Shown piece after piece: positions 7,895 through 17,302 of a stretch of DNA of 64,000 bases. This DNA comes from Alphaproteobacteria bacterium. Its GTDB lineage: Bacteria > Pseudomonadota > Alphaproteobacteria > SMXQ01. The notes under the pieces were generated by a model. It saw nothing but the letters and a program-made list of their open reading frames with translations. It searched no databases and was not told where the DNA came from. The DNA is taken from positions 8,600 to 72,599 of the forward strand of contig DATJIG010000074.1 of the NCBI GenBank assembly GCA_035493495.1. Reading direction: 5' to 3'. The position numbers and the translations under genes are program-made. The stretch's first letter is position 1, and every line of letters starts with the position of its first letter.

Positions 7895-9658
7895 ATGGCA
7901 TCGATCGTAATGACAGGTGGCCTGGGCAATGGGCGCTTCGCGCGGTGGCGCGGCGCGGGCGTAGGGCCGTGGCTGGTCGCGATTTTGGTCCTGCTGGCGG
8001 TGATCACGCCGCTGCTGTTCCTCATCCTCGGCAGCTTCTCGATCGACAAGCTGCCCAACGACTTTTCCCTCAGCCGGGTCAGCCTCGACAACTATCGCAA
8101 GGTCTGGCTCGACCCGGACACTTACGCGGTGGTGTTGAATACCGTCATCTACGTCATCGGTGCGACGACGATCGGAATCAGCGTCGCCGCCACGCTGGCA
8201 TGGCTGGTCGAGCGCACCAACATTCCCGGCAAGGCCTGGATCTACGCCGGCGTGCCGATGATCCTCGTCATGCCGGGCATGCTGCAGGCGATGGCCTATG
8301 TGCTGCTGCTGTCGCCGCGCATCGGCTTCATCAACAAGCTGATCGGGTCGTTTGGGCTAGGCCCGCTTAACATCTATTCGCTCACCGGCATGATCTTCAT
8401 GGAGGGGCTGCGGCTGGTGCCGACGGCGTTCCTGATGCTCGTGCCGCTGTTGCGGTCGATGGATCCGACGCTGGAGGAGGCGGCGGCGATCTCCGGCGCC
8501 AGGCCGGTGTCGATGCTGCGCAAGATCACGCTGCGGCTGGTGATGCCGGGGCTGATCGCGGTGGCGATCTATCAGACGATGACCGCGCTCGAGGCGTTCG
8601 AGATCCCTGGCATCCTCGGGTTGCCGGGGCGGGTCTACGTGTTCTCGACGCGGGTGTACTCGATCGTCAATGCGACCGACGGCATTCCGAACTACGGCGA
8701 GGCCAACGCCCTGTCGGTCGTCTACATCCTGTTCGCGCTCACGGCGACGTACTTCTATGCCCGGGTCATCGCCCGCTCCGAGCGCTACAGCATCGTCAGC
8801 GGCAAGGCGTACCGGCCGCGCGAAATTGATCTCGGGGCCCTGCGCTGGCCGGCGGTAGGCTTCGTCGTCGCGTTCCTCCTCATCTCGGCGATCCTTCCGC
8901 TCATCGCGCTGCTCTACATTTCCTTCCTGCCGTACGTGCAGCAGCCTTCGGCGGCGGCGTTCCGGGCGATGTCGCTGGTGAACTACCAGTCGCTGTTCGA
9001 ATCCGACCGCATCGGCAAGACGCTGCACAACACGGCGATCCTGGTCATCGCCACATCGACGCTGACGCTGATCGTGTCGGTGATCGTCTCGATGGTGGTC
9101 GTCCGCTCGAAGTTCTGGGGACGGCGCATCCTGGATCAGCTCGCCTTCGTGCCGCACGCGATTCCCGGCATCGTCATGGGCATCGCGTTCCTGTGGCTGT
9201 TCCTCAAGGGTCGTAGCCTCGGCGTCGATCTGTTCGGGACGGTGTGGGCGGTGGTGATCGCCTTCACCGTCAACTTCCTCGCTTATGGGACCCGCGCGAT
9301 GAATGCGGCCATCCTGCAGGTCCACAAGGACCTGGAGGAAGCGGCCCACGTCTCCGGCGCGCCGCGCTGGCGCACGATGCGGCGCATCTTCATCCCGCTG
9401 CTGATGCCGAGCCTGGTCGGAGTCTGGATCTACTCGATGCTCCAGTCGGTGCGGCAGGCGGGCATGCCGCTGATGCTGACCGAAGGAAGCAAGAACGAAG
9501 TGTTGTCGGTGCTGGTGTGGCGGCTCTGGAATCAGGGCGAGATCGGCGTGGTCGGGGCGCTGGGCTCGATCCTGATCGTTATCATGTTGATGCTGACGCT
9601 GGTCATTCGTGCGCTGGGCTTCCGCCGCGGAACGGCCGTCCAGCAAACCGCGCACTGA
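7895..9658 (+). CDS. ABC transporter permease, fused double transmembrane domain (FbpB/ThiP-like architecture)
   Basis: ATG at 7895, 1 nt after the previous stop. Highly hydrophobic, about 587 aa. Two EAA-loop motifs: LEEAAAISGARPVSMLRKITLRLVMPG and LEEAAHVSGAPRWRTMRRIFIPLLMPS. Confidence 0.85.
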   Translation: MASIVMTGGLGNGRFARWRGAGVGPWLVAILVLLAVITPLLFLILGSFSIDKLPNDFSLSRVSLDNYRKVWLDPDTYAVVLNTVIYVIGATTIGISVAATLAWLVERTNIPGKAWIYAGVPMILVMPGMLQAMAYVLLLSPRIGFINKLIGSFGLGPLNIYSLTGMIFMEGLRLVPTAFLMLVPLLRSMDPTLEEAAAISGARPVSMLRKITLRLVMPGLIAVAIYQTMTALEAFEIPGILGLPGRVYVFSTRVYSIVNATDGIPNYGEANALSVVYILFALTATYFYARVIARSERYSIVSGKAYRPREIDLGALRWPAVGFVVAFLLISAILPLIALLYISFLPYVQQPSAAAFRAMSLVNYQSLFESDRIGKTLHNTAILVIATSTLTLIVSVIVSMVVVRSKFWGRRILDQLAFVPHAIPGIVMGIAFLWLFLKGRSLGVDLFGTVWAVVIAFTVNFLAYGTRAMNAAILQVHKDLEEAAHVSGAPRWRTMRRIFIPLLMPSLVGVWIYSMLQSVRQAGMPLMLTEGSKNEVLSVLVWRLWNQGEIGVVGALGSILIVIMLMLTLVIRALGFRRGTAVQQTAH

Positions 9659-9684
9659 CAGTAGGGATACGGGAGGCTCAGGCC

Positions 9685-10791
9685 ATGACACCCGAAGAAA
9701 ACAGGCTGCTGACGCAGGTGGGGCCGGGGACGCCGTGCGGCACGCTGTTGCGGCACTACTGGTGGCCGGTCGGCTTCTCCGAGCAGCTCGGCGCGACACC
9801 GCAGGAAGTGGGAATCCTCGGCGAGGACCTCGTGCTGTACCGGCAGGGCGAGAAGGCGGCACTTGTGGCCCGCGCCTGTGCCCATCGTGGCGCGTCGCTG
9901 GCATTGGGACGGGCCGAGAGCGACGGCCTGCGCTGCTGCTATCACGGCTGGAAGTTCAATGCCGAGGGCCAGTGCATCGACATGCCGGCGGAGCCGCCGG
10001 AGTCCCGTCTCCGCAACGACGTCCGCATCGCGGCTTATCCCACGTACGAAGTCTCCGGGCTGATCTTCGCCTATCTCGGTGAGGCGCCAGCCCCGGCATT
10101 CCCGCGCTACGACCTGCTGTTCGAGGAGGGGATGCACCGCGTCCTGCACGCGACCTTCGATCACTGCAACTGGCTGCAGCGCGCGGAGAACTCCGTCGAT
10201 CAGCTCCACGCCACCGTGCTGCACGCGGCGGGCTATCCCGAGCTCGCGCTCAAGCGGACGAAAGTCGACTGGACGCGGACGCCCTATGGCATTCGCGCGC
10301 AGTACGACGTGGATGGCCAGGGCAAGGTCTCGCATTTCGTGTTCCCGTCGAGCAACCGCTACTTCGGCGCGCGGGTCGGCGAAGGGAGCAGCCACAACTT
10401 CCACATCCGCGTTCCTCGCGATGACGAGACGACGATCACCTACGGGATCCGTGCCTACCGGGCGGCCGATGGCAACGCCGGGGTCACGATGCGCGGCCTG
10501 AGCGACAAGCCGCGCGGCGTGTACGCGCGCGTCGAGGATGGCTGGTGGGGCATCGCGTCGAACGAGCAGGACCGCGCGGCGCAGGAAAGCCAGGGCATCA
10601 TCGCCGACCGCAGCCGCGAGATCCTCGGCACGTCCGACGCCGGCGTCGTCATGTTCAGACGCATGCTGCGCGACGCCATCGCCGCGGTCGCGCGCGGCGA
10701 GGAGCCGCCCGGCGTCGTTCGCCAGAACGTCGAGCGGATGATCCGCTTCGATGCCAGCCAGACTCGCGATGGAGACCGCCTCAGTGCCTGA
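9685..10791 (+). CDS. Rieske non-heme iron oxygenase, single-component-type alpha subunit (VanA/KshA-like class)
   Basis: ATG at 9685 preceded by GGGAGG. Rieske motif CAHRGASL...CCYHGWKF and iron motif AENSVDQLHATVLH. About 368 aa with no adjacent beta subunit. Confidence 0.85.
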   Translation: MTPEENRLLTQVGPGTPCGTLLRHYWWPVGFSEQLGATPQEVGILGEDLVLYRQGEKAALVARACAHRGASLALGRAESDGLRCCYHGWKFNAEGQCIDMPAEPPESRLRNDVRIAAYPTYEVSGLIFAYLGEAPAPAFPRYDLLFEEGMHRVLHATFDHCNWLQRAENSVDQLHATVLHAAGYPELALKRTKVDWTRTPYGIRAQYDVDGQGKVSHFVFPSSNRYFGARVGEGSSHNFHIRVPRDDETTITYGIRAYRAADGNAGVTMRGLSDKPRGVYARVEDGWWGIASNEQDRAAQESQGIIADRSREILGTSDAGVVMFRRMLRDAIAAVARGEEPPGVVRQNVERMIRFDASQTRDGDRLSA

Positions 10792-12424
10792 CGCCGGCCA
10801 CCCTCACCCGGGAACGACGAAGAAGGCGGCGCGCTGGACGGTCGGTCCGATTCGCGATCTGCGGGACTGGCTCGCCCGGGCCCAGGCGATCGGCGAGCTG
10901 CTTACCGTCGACAAGGCGGTCGACGTCGAGGAGGAGATGAGCGCGATTTCGTACCTGGTCGCGCGCCGGACGCCATCGCCGGCGGTGCTGTTCACCAAGG
11001 CCAAGGGCTTCGACAAGGGCCCGGTCAATCTGCGCCATCTGTGGAATATCTATGGGCCGAGCGTCCGGCGCATCGCGCTGTCGCTCGAGGAGCCGCCCGA
11101 CACGCCGACGATCGAGCTCATCAGTCGCACCAAGGACAAGATGAAGCGGCGGCTCGCGCCGCGCGAGGTGAAGGCGTCGCAGGCCTCGGTCTACGAGAAC
11201 ACGATTCCTGCCGGCAAGGTCGATCTCCGCAAGCTGGCGATACCGCGGCACTGGCCGCTCGACGGCGGGCTGTACGCCGGCACCGGGGACGCGGTGATCA
11301 CGCGCGATCCGGACACCGGCTACCTTAACGTCGGCACCTACCGGATGATGGTTCAGGACGGCAACCACACCGGCCTTTACCTGTCGCCGGGCAAGGACGC
11401 CCGCTTGCACATCACGCGTGCCTGGGCGAAAGGTGAGGCGCTGCCGGTCGTCGCCTGCTGGGGCGTCGATCCGCTGTTCATGCTGGTCGGCTCGCAGGCG
11501 TTTGCCAAGAACGTTTCCGAGTTCGAGTTCGCGGGCGGGATCAAGGGCGAGCCCGTACGCCTGGTGAAGGCGACGCAAAGCGACCTGCTGTTCCCGGCCG
11601 ACGCCGAGTTCGTGGTGGAAGGGGTCATTCGCCCCAATGCGATGAAGGCGGAGGGCCCATTCGGCGAATTCACCGGCTACTACGGGAAGCCCGAAGCGCT
11701 ATGTCCGCTGGTGGAGATCACCGCGATCCATCACCGCAACGACCCGATCCTCACCAACGCGCTGATGGCCGATTATCCGTCGTGCGAGCAGAGCGGGTTT
11801 TTTTCGATCCTGCGCGGGGCCAAGATCTGGGATGACCTCGAGAAACTCGGCGTGCCGGGTGTGCGCGGCGTCTATTCGCATCCGGCGGCGGCCGGAGGCT
11901 TCGGCATGACCATCATCTCGCTCGAGCAACAGTACGCTGGGCATGCTTCTCAGGTGTTGTCGCTGGCGGCACAGGTCCCGGGCGGCGCTTACTACACGAA
12001 GTGGATCGTCGCCGTCGACGAGGACATCGACCCCACGGATATGGATCAGGTGCTGTGGGCGATGGCGACGCGCTGCCACCCGAGCGCCGACATCGACATC
12101 CTGCGCAGCACGTGGTCGACCGGCCTCGATCCCACGCAGAATCCGCCCGAGGTTCGGCCCTACGGCTCCAAGGCGCTGATCAACGCCTGCATGGAGCACC
12201 GCTACCTGCCGACGTTCTCGAAGCGGACCAAGTTGCGCCGTTCGATCTACGACGCCGTCGCCGGGCGATGGGGCGAGCTCGGCCTGCCGGGATCGGTCCC
12301 GCGCATTCTCGCGTTCGAAGACGATCGCAATGGCAAGGCCCCGAAGACCGTCTACCACGATGAGAAAGCGCTGCGGACCGCGCGCGATCTCGCGGGAGCG
12401 AAGCGGCGCAAGCCGCGCCGCTAG
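10769..12424 (+). CDS. UbiD-family (prFMN-dependent) decarboxylase
   Basis: Characteristic UbiD blocks: WPLDGGLYAGTGDAVITRDPDTGYLNVGTYRMMV, ACWGVDP, EFEFAGGIKGEPV, EGPFGEFTGYYG. The start is uncertain (ATG at 10751 or 10769); both overlap the upstream Rieske gene. Confidence 0.85.
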   Translation: METASVPDAGHPHPGTTKKAARWTVGPIRDLRDWLARAQAIGELLTVDKAVDVEEEMSAISYLVARRTPSPAVLFTKAKGFDKGPVNLRHLWNIYGPSVRRIALSLEEPPDTPTIELISRTKDKMKRRLAPREVKASQASVYENTIPAGKVDLRKLAIPRHWPLDGGLYAGTGDAVITRDPDTGYLNVGTYRMMVQDGNHTGLYLSPGKDARLHITRAWAKGEALPVVACWGVDPLFMLVGSQAFAKNVSEFEFAGGIKGEPVRLVKATQSDLLFPADAEFVVEGVIRPNAMKAEGPFGEFTGYYGKPEALCPLVEITAIHHRNDPILTNALMADYPSCEQSGFFSILRGAKIWDDLEKLGVPGVRGVYSHPAAAGGFGMTIISLEQQYAGHASQVLSLAAQVPGGAYYTKWIVAVDEDIDPTDMDQVLWAMATRCHPSADIDILRSTWSTGLDPTQNPPEVRPYGSKALINACMEHRYLPTFSKRTKLRRSIYDAVAGRWGELGLPGSVPRILAFEDDRNGKAPKTVYHDEKALRTARDLAGAKRRKPRR

Positions 12425-12436
12425 GTCGACCGCCGC

Positions 12437-13342
12437 TCAGTCCCAGGGCGCGTGACGAAGCTGCTTCGAGATGAAGTCGACGAAGAGCTTCACCTTGCGC
12501 GGCTGCTCGTTGGCGTGGGGATAGAGCGCGCAGATCGGCAGATCGGGGATTTCGTAGTCCTGAAGGATGCGGACGAGGTGCCCGCTGCGGAGGTCGTCGG
12601 CGACCGCGAAGGTTGGCAGCAGGGCGATGCCGGCGCCGTCGAGCACCATGTAGCGCATGGTGATGGCGTTGCTCGGCGAGACCGGACCACTCACCTGGAC
12701 CGTTTGCGGTCCCTGGGCGCCCTTGAAGAGCCAGCGCCCGTCGCCGAACCGTGTGTGGGTGACGAGGCAGCTGTGGTTCACCAGCTGGTCGGGGGCCGCG
12801 GGCGTTCCGGACCGCTGCAGATAGGCGGGGGACGCGCAGGCGATCCAGTGCAAGGTGCCGAGGCGGCGCAGATAGTGGGTCGAATCCTTCTTCAGGGAGA
12901 AGCGGATCGCGAGGTCGGCACCGAACTCCACCGGATCGAGCACGCGCTTGGTCGCGTCGGCGATGGTGAGCGAGACCTGCACGTCGGGGTAGGCCGCCAT
13001 GAAGCCGGAGACCAGCTTGCCCATCTGCATGATGCCGAACGACATCGGCGACAGCACCTTGATCTCGCCACGGGCGTCGTGTTGCAGGCGGCGGATCTCG
13101 CGGTCCTCCTGCTGCATCTCGGCGAGGATGCGGTCGCAGAATTTGTAGTAGCGCCGGCCGATCTCGGTCACGCTCAGGCGCCGGGTGGTGCGGCTCAGGA
13201 GCTTGGCGCCCAGCGTCGCCTCGAGTCGCTGGACGCGCTTGGTAACCATTCCGGGAGAGATGCCGAGCTCGCTGGCGGCGCTGACGAAGTTGCCGTTCTT
13301 CACCACGCGGGCAAAGGCGTCCATCGCTTCGAGACGGTTCAT
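12437..13342 (-). CDS. LysR-family transcriptional regulator
   Basis: Start at the internal Met (13342). N-terminal HTH: MNRLEAMDAFARVVKNGNFVSAASELGISPGMVTKRVQRLEATLGAKLLSRTTRRLSVTE. Divergent from the PhyH operon. Confidence 0.9.
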   Translation of the reverse strand: MNRLEAMDAFARVVKNGNFVSAASELGISPGMVTKRVQRLEATLGAKLLSRTTRRLSVTEIGRRYYKFCDRILAEMQQEDREIRRLQHDARGEIKVLSPMSFGIMQMGKLVSGFMAAYPDVQVSLTIADATKRVLDPVEFGADLAIRFSLKKDSTHYLRRLGTLHWIACASPAYLQRSGTPAAPDQLVNHSCLVTHTRFGDGRWLFKGAQGPQTVQVSGPVSPSNAITMRYMVLDGAGIALLPTFAVADDLRSGHLVRILQDYEIPDLPICALYPHANEQPRKVKLFVDFISKQLRHAPWD

Positions 13343-13375
13343 CAGGCTCTCCCCGCGCGCGGACGGCGCCGCGTC

Positions 13376-13397
13376 AATTCTTTCATAAAAAGAAATT
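13376..13397. promoter_or_regulatory. Candidate LysR-type box (AT-rich imperfect palindrome AATTCTTTCATAAAAAGAAATT)
   Basis: TTCTTT-N5-AAAGAA dyad in the 136-nt divergent intergenic region between the LysR gene (start 13342) and the PhyH gene (start 13479). It is the only AT-rich patch there. Confidence 0.4.
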
Positions 13398-13478
13398 ATC
13401 TTTTTCCGTTCCGCTGCGCCAGCGAGGAGCGATGCTGTCACAATGCGCCGATCACCGAGTGCGCAGGAACAAGCTCAG

Positions 13479-14306
13479 ATGCCCAAGGCCCTGACCAGCG
13501 AGCAGGTCGACCATTACAACACCAACGGATTCCTCTTTCCGGTCGAGGCGTACACGTCGGCGGAGGCCGCGGCGCTGTATCGCCGCTATGCCGAGACGGA
13601 AGAGAAGGCGGGCGAGGAATTGCAGAAGCGGTTCCGGGTCAAGGCACACCTGCCGTTTCCGTGGCTGTGCGACATCATCCGTCATCCCAAATTGCTCGAC
13701 GCGGTCGAGGACATCCTTGGGCCGAACATCCTCTGCTGGGGCTCCTCGTTCTTTTCCAAGAACGCCCACGACCCGCGCTACATCTCGTGGCACACCGACA
13801 GCTTCTATTACGGCCTGCGGCCGCCGGAGACGCTCTCGGCTTGGGTCGCCTTCAACGATTCGTCAATCGAGGCCGGGTGCGTGCAGTACATCCCCGGAAG
13901 CCACAAGGTGACCGCCGTCCACGAGTTCAAGCCGCACCCCAACAACCTCGCCGGCAACGGCCAGAGCGTGATCGGCGTCGAAGAATCGAAGGCGGTGCAT
14001 GCGGTGCTGAAGGCGGGGCAGGCGGTGTTCCACCACGAAAGCGTGGTCCACGGCTCAGGCCCGAACAATGCCGACCACCCGCGTGTCGGCTTCGTCATCC
14101 ACTACATCGCGCCGCATGTCCGTGAAACGCGCATCGAGGGCGCGATGGCCATGCTGGTGCGCGGGCGGGATACGCACGGATACTGGACGCCCGAACCGGA
14201 ACCGAAAGTGGACTTCGATCCGCACTGCATCGATGTCATGATGAAGACGCGGGCGCTGTTCAAGGAAGCGACCAACAACAAAGTGGCCCAGGGCATAGCC
14301 ACCTAG
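13479..14306 (+). CDS. Phytanoyl-CoA dioxygenase (PhyH) family Fe(II)/2-oxoglutarate-dependent oxygenase
   Basis: ATG at 13479. N-terminus LTSEQVDHYNTNGFLFP is typical of PhyH proteins. HTD facial-triad motif (ISWHTDSFYY) and a distal His (FHHESVVHGSGPN). Confidence 0.8.
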   Translation: MPKALTSEQVDHYNTNGFLFPVEAYTSAEAAALYRRYAETEEKAGEELQKRFRVKAHLPFPWLCDIIRHPKLLDAVEDILGPNILCWGSSFFSKNAHDPRYISWHTDSFYYGLRPPETLSAWVAFNDSSIEAGCVQYIPGSHKVTAVHEFKPHPNNLAGNGQSVIGVEESKAVHAVLKAGQAVFHHESVVHGSGPNNADHPRVGFVIHYIAPHVRETRIEGAMAMLVRGRDTHGYWTPEPEPKVDFDPHCIDVMMKTRALFKEATNNKVAQGIAT

Positions 14307-14327
14307 GGTCCGACAGGGAGAGCGAAG

Positions 14328-15377
14328 ATGGAGGCGTTTGCGCGCCGCTCGCTGATGGCCGCGGCCTGGATCGCGTGCGCGACGTGGCCGATTGCGGCTG
14401 CGGCGGACACGGTCGAGGACTTCTACCGCGACAAGACGATCAGCCTCTACATCGGCTACGCGGCCGGCGGTGGCTACGATCAGTATGGCCGGCTGTTGGC
14501 GCGCCACATGGGCCAGTACATTCCCGGCAAGCCGACGATCCTGCCGAAGAATATGCCGGGCGCCGGCTCGCTCAATGCCATCAACAACGTCTACAACGTC
14601 GCGCCCAAGGACGGGACGTCGATCGCGACCTTCGGGCCGGAGGTCGCGTTCGAGCCGCTGCGCGGTGGCGAGGGCGTGAAGTTCGACACGTTGAAATTCA
14701 ACTGGATCGGGTCGATGAACCGGCAGGTCGGACTTGCGGTGATGTCGGCGCGTTCGGGAATCCGGACGATCCTCGACGCCCGCACCAAGCAGGTTAGCGT
14801 CGGCGCCTCTGGATCGGGCTCGCAATCGAACCTCAATCCGCAGGTCTACAACGCGTTCCTCGGCACGAAATTCAAGGTCATCACCGGCTATCCCGGCACC
14901 AAGGACATCACGCTCGCGGTGGAACGCGGCGAGCTCGACGGCATCGCCGGATGGAGCTGGGACAGCCTCAAGCTCGAGCGCCCCCAGTGGGCGACGAGCA
15001 AGGATGTCAATCTGGTGCTGCAGGTCTCGGACCGCCGCCATCCGGAAATTCCCGACGTCCCGAACATCTACGACTACGTCGACAATCCGGACGACAAGGC
15101 GACGCTCGAGCTGATCTTCGGCCACCAGTTGCTGGGGCGGCCGTTCATGATGGCACCGGGTGTGCCGCGCGAGCGAGTCGAGGCGGCGCGGTGGGCGTTC
15201 GACCGCACCATGAAGGATCCGAAGTTTCTTGCCGAGGCTGCGGCCATCCGCCTCGAGATCGACGCCGTCAGCGGCGAGGAGATCGAGGCCCACGTGAAGC
15301 GCATCTTCTCGATGCCGAAGGCGCTGATCGACAAGGCGGCGATGACGATCAAGGCCGCGACCGCGGGCAGCCAGTAG
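14328..15377 (+). CDS. Bug/TctC-family tripartite tricarboxylate transporter substrate-binding protein
   Basis: Signal peptide, then the family signature FYRDKTISLYIGYAAGGGYDQYGRLLARHMGQYIPGKPTILPKNMPGAGS. About 349 aa. Confidence 0.85.
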   Translation: MEAFARRSLMAAAWIACATWPIAAAADTVEDFYRDKTISLYIGYAAGGGYDQYGRLLARHMGQYIPGKPTILPKNMPGAGSLNAINNVYNVAPKDGTSIATFGPEVAFEPLRGGEGVKFDTLKFNWIGSMNRQVGLAVMSARSGIRTILDARTKQVSVGASGSGSQSNLNPQVYNAFLGTKFKVITGYPGTKDITLAVERGELDGIAGWSWDSLKLERPQWATSKDVNLVLQVSDRRHPEIPDVPNIYDYVDNPDDKATLELIFGHQLLGRPFMMAPGVPRERVEAARWAFDRTMKDPKFLAEAAAIRLEIDAVSGEEIEAHVKRIFSMPKALIDKAAMTIKAATAGSQ

Positions 15378-15390
15378 GTTCAGTTCTCCG

Positions 15391-16230
15391 ATGTTGGCAC
15401 AAGACATTCGACTCGATGACCGCGTGGCGCTCGTCACCGGCGGCGCCCGTGGATTGGGCAAGGCGATGGCGGCGGGACTGCTGCGGGCCGGTGCCCGGGT
15501 GGTGGTCGCGGACGTCGACAACGACGCGTTGCTCGCGGCGTCGTCCGATCCGGAATGGCGCCTCAGCAACGGGCGCGCGGTCGCCGTCGCGTGCGACATC
15601 ACGCGCAGGATCGACTGCGAGCGCGCGGCAGAGCGGGCGCTCGAGGCGTTCGGGCGGCTCGACATCCTCGTCAACAACGCCGGACGCGGGCCCAATCACG
15701 TCACCAACTCCGCCGCAACCAAATCGCTGAAGTTCTGGGAGGCCGATCCCGAGCGCTGGGATGAGGTCATTCGCACCAACGTCGTCGGCACATTCCTGAT
15801 GGCGCGCGCGGCCGCGCCCCACATGATCGCGGCGAAGTGGGGGCGCATCATCAACGTGACGACGAGCCTGTCGACGATGCAGCGCAAGGCCAATTCACCC
15901 TACGGCGTGAGCAAGGCGGCGATTGAAGCCGAGACGTTGATCTGGGCCCAGGACCTCGAGGGCACCGGGGTGACCATGAACACGCTGATTCCCGGAGGCG
16001 CGGCCGACACCGAGTTCGTCTCGCCGCCGACGCGGCAGGCGGCGCTCGCCGGCAAGGCCAAGCTGCTGCCGCCTTCGGTGATGATTCCACCGCTGCTGTG
16101 GCTGGCGTCACCGCTGTCCGACCGCGTGACCGGCGCGCGGTTCGTCGGCAAGCTGTGGGATGCGAACGAGCGTGTTGCCGAAGCCGCGGTTCGCGCGCGC
16201 GAAGCGCCGGTGCTGCGGCACGCCGACTGA
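15391..16230 (+). CDS. Short-chain dehydrogenase/reductase (SDR) family oxidoreductase
   Basis: Cofactor motif TGGARGLG, NNAG motif and catalytic YGVSKAA (YxxxK). Confidence 0.9.
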   Translation: MLAQDIRLDDRVALVTGGARGLGKAMAAGLLRAGARVVVADVDNDALLAASSDPEWRLSNGRAVAVACDITRRIDCERAAERALEAFGRLDILVNNAGRGPNHVTNSAATKSLKFWEADPERWDEVIRTNVVGTFLMARAAAPHMIAAKWGRIINVTTSLSTMQRKANSPYGVSKAAIEAETLIWAQDLEGTGVTMNTLIPGGAADTEFVSPPTRQAALAGKAKLLPPSVMIPPLLWLASPLSDRVTGARFVGKLWDANERVAEAAVRAREAPVLRHAD

Positions 16231-16243
16231 AGGGGAGAGCCAT

Positions 16244-17272
16244 ATGAAGATGCGCACGTTTCTCGGAGCCGTCGTCGCGTCGCTGATCGCGTCGGCCGCG
16301 GTCCACGCCCAGTCCCCCGATGCCTTCTACAAAGGGAAGCGCGTCACGATCGAAGTTGGATCGGCGGCGGGATCGGGGTACGACGCTTATGCTCGCCTCG
16401 TAGCACGCCACATGACCAACCATCTGCCGGGTAATCCGTCGGTGGTGGTGCAGAACCTGCCGGGCGGCGGCGGCCTGACCTCGGCCAATCACCTCTACAA
16501 CGTGGTTGCGCGCGACGGCACGACCATTGGCAGCGTCCAGCGTGGCCTGCTGATCTCGCCGCTGATCATGCCGGACGGGGTCAAGTACGACGTGACGAAG
16601 TTCCGCTGGCTCGGCAGCACCAACGCCGAATCCGGCGTCGTGGCGGTCTGGCACACGGCGCCGTTCCAGACCATCTCCGACGTGATGCAGCACGAGATGG
16701 TGGTGGGAGGCTCGGGGCCTTACACCGACAGCGAGACGACGCCGCGCGCCTACAACCGGATCCTCGGGACAAAGTTCAAGATCGTCAGCGGCTATGAATC
16801 GACGGCCCCGGTCCTGCTCGCGATGGAGCGTGGCGAGGTGCAGGGGATCGGCAACTCGTCGTGGTCGAACTGGACGACGACCTACGCGCACTACCTGAAG
16901 GACAAGACCGTCCGGCTGCTGTTGCAGTCGGGACCGGACAAGAATCCCGATCTGCCCGACGTGCCGATGGCGATGTATCTGGCCAAGACCGAGGCCGACC
17001 GCCAGGCCCTCGATCTGCTGCTCGCGCCGAACAAGATCGGCCGCCCGTTCGTGGCACCGCCCGAGGTCCCGCAGGACCGCATCGCCGCCCTGCGCGCGGC
17101 ATTCGACGCCACGGTCGCCGATCCCACACTTCGCGCCGAAGCGAAGGCGCAGAACATGGACATCAGCCCGGTGACGGGCACGTACATCGAACAGACGGTC
17201 GCACGGCTGTACGCGCTGCCGGCCGCTGTCGTAAAGAGAGCCAGCGAGGCGATCCAGCCCGAACGCAAGTAG
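16244..17272 (+). CDS. Bug/TctC-family substrate-binding protein
   Basis: ATG at 16244 preceded by AGGGGAGAG. Signal peptide MKMRTFLGAVVASLIASAAVHA, then FYKGKRVTIEVGSAAGSGYDAYARLVARHM...VVQNLPGGGG. Confidence 0.85.
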   Translation: MKMRTFLGAVVASLIASAAVHAQSPDAFYKGKRVTIEVGSAAGSGYDAYARLVARHMTNHLPGNPSVVVQNLPGGGGLTSANHLYNVVARDGTTIGSVQRGLLISPLIMPDGVKYDVTKFRWLGSTNAESGVVAVWHTAPFQTISDVMQHEMVVGGSGPYTDSETTPRAYNRILGTKFKIVSGYESTAPVLLAMERGEVQGIGNSSWSNWTTTYAHYLKDKTVRLLLQSGPDKNPDLPDVPMAMYLAKTEADRQALDLLLAPNKIGRPFVAPPEVPQDRIAALRAAFDATVADPTLRAEAKAQNMDISPVTGTYIEQTVARLYALPAAVVKRASEAIQPERK

Positions 17273-17302
17273 CGGAAGCCTTTGAAAAGGACGGGAAGCA
17301 CG

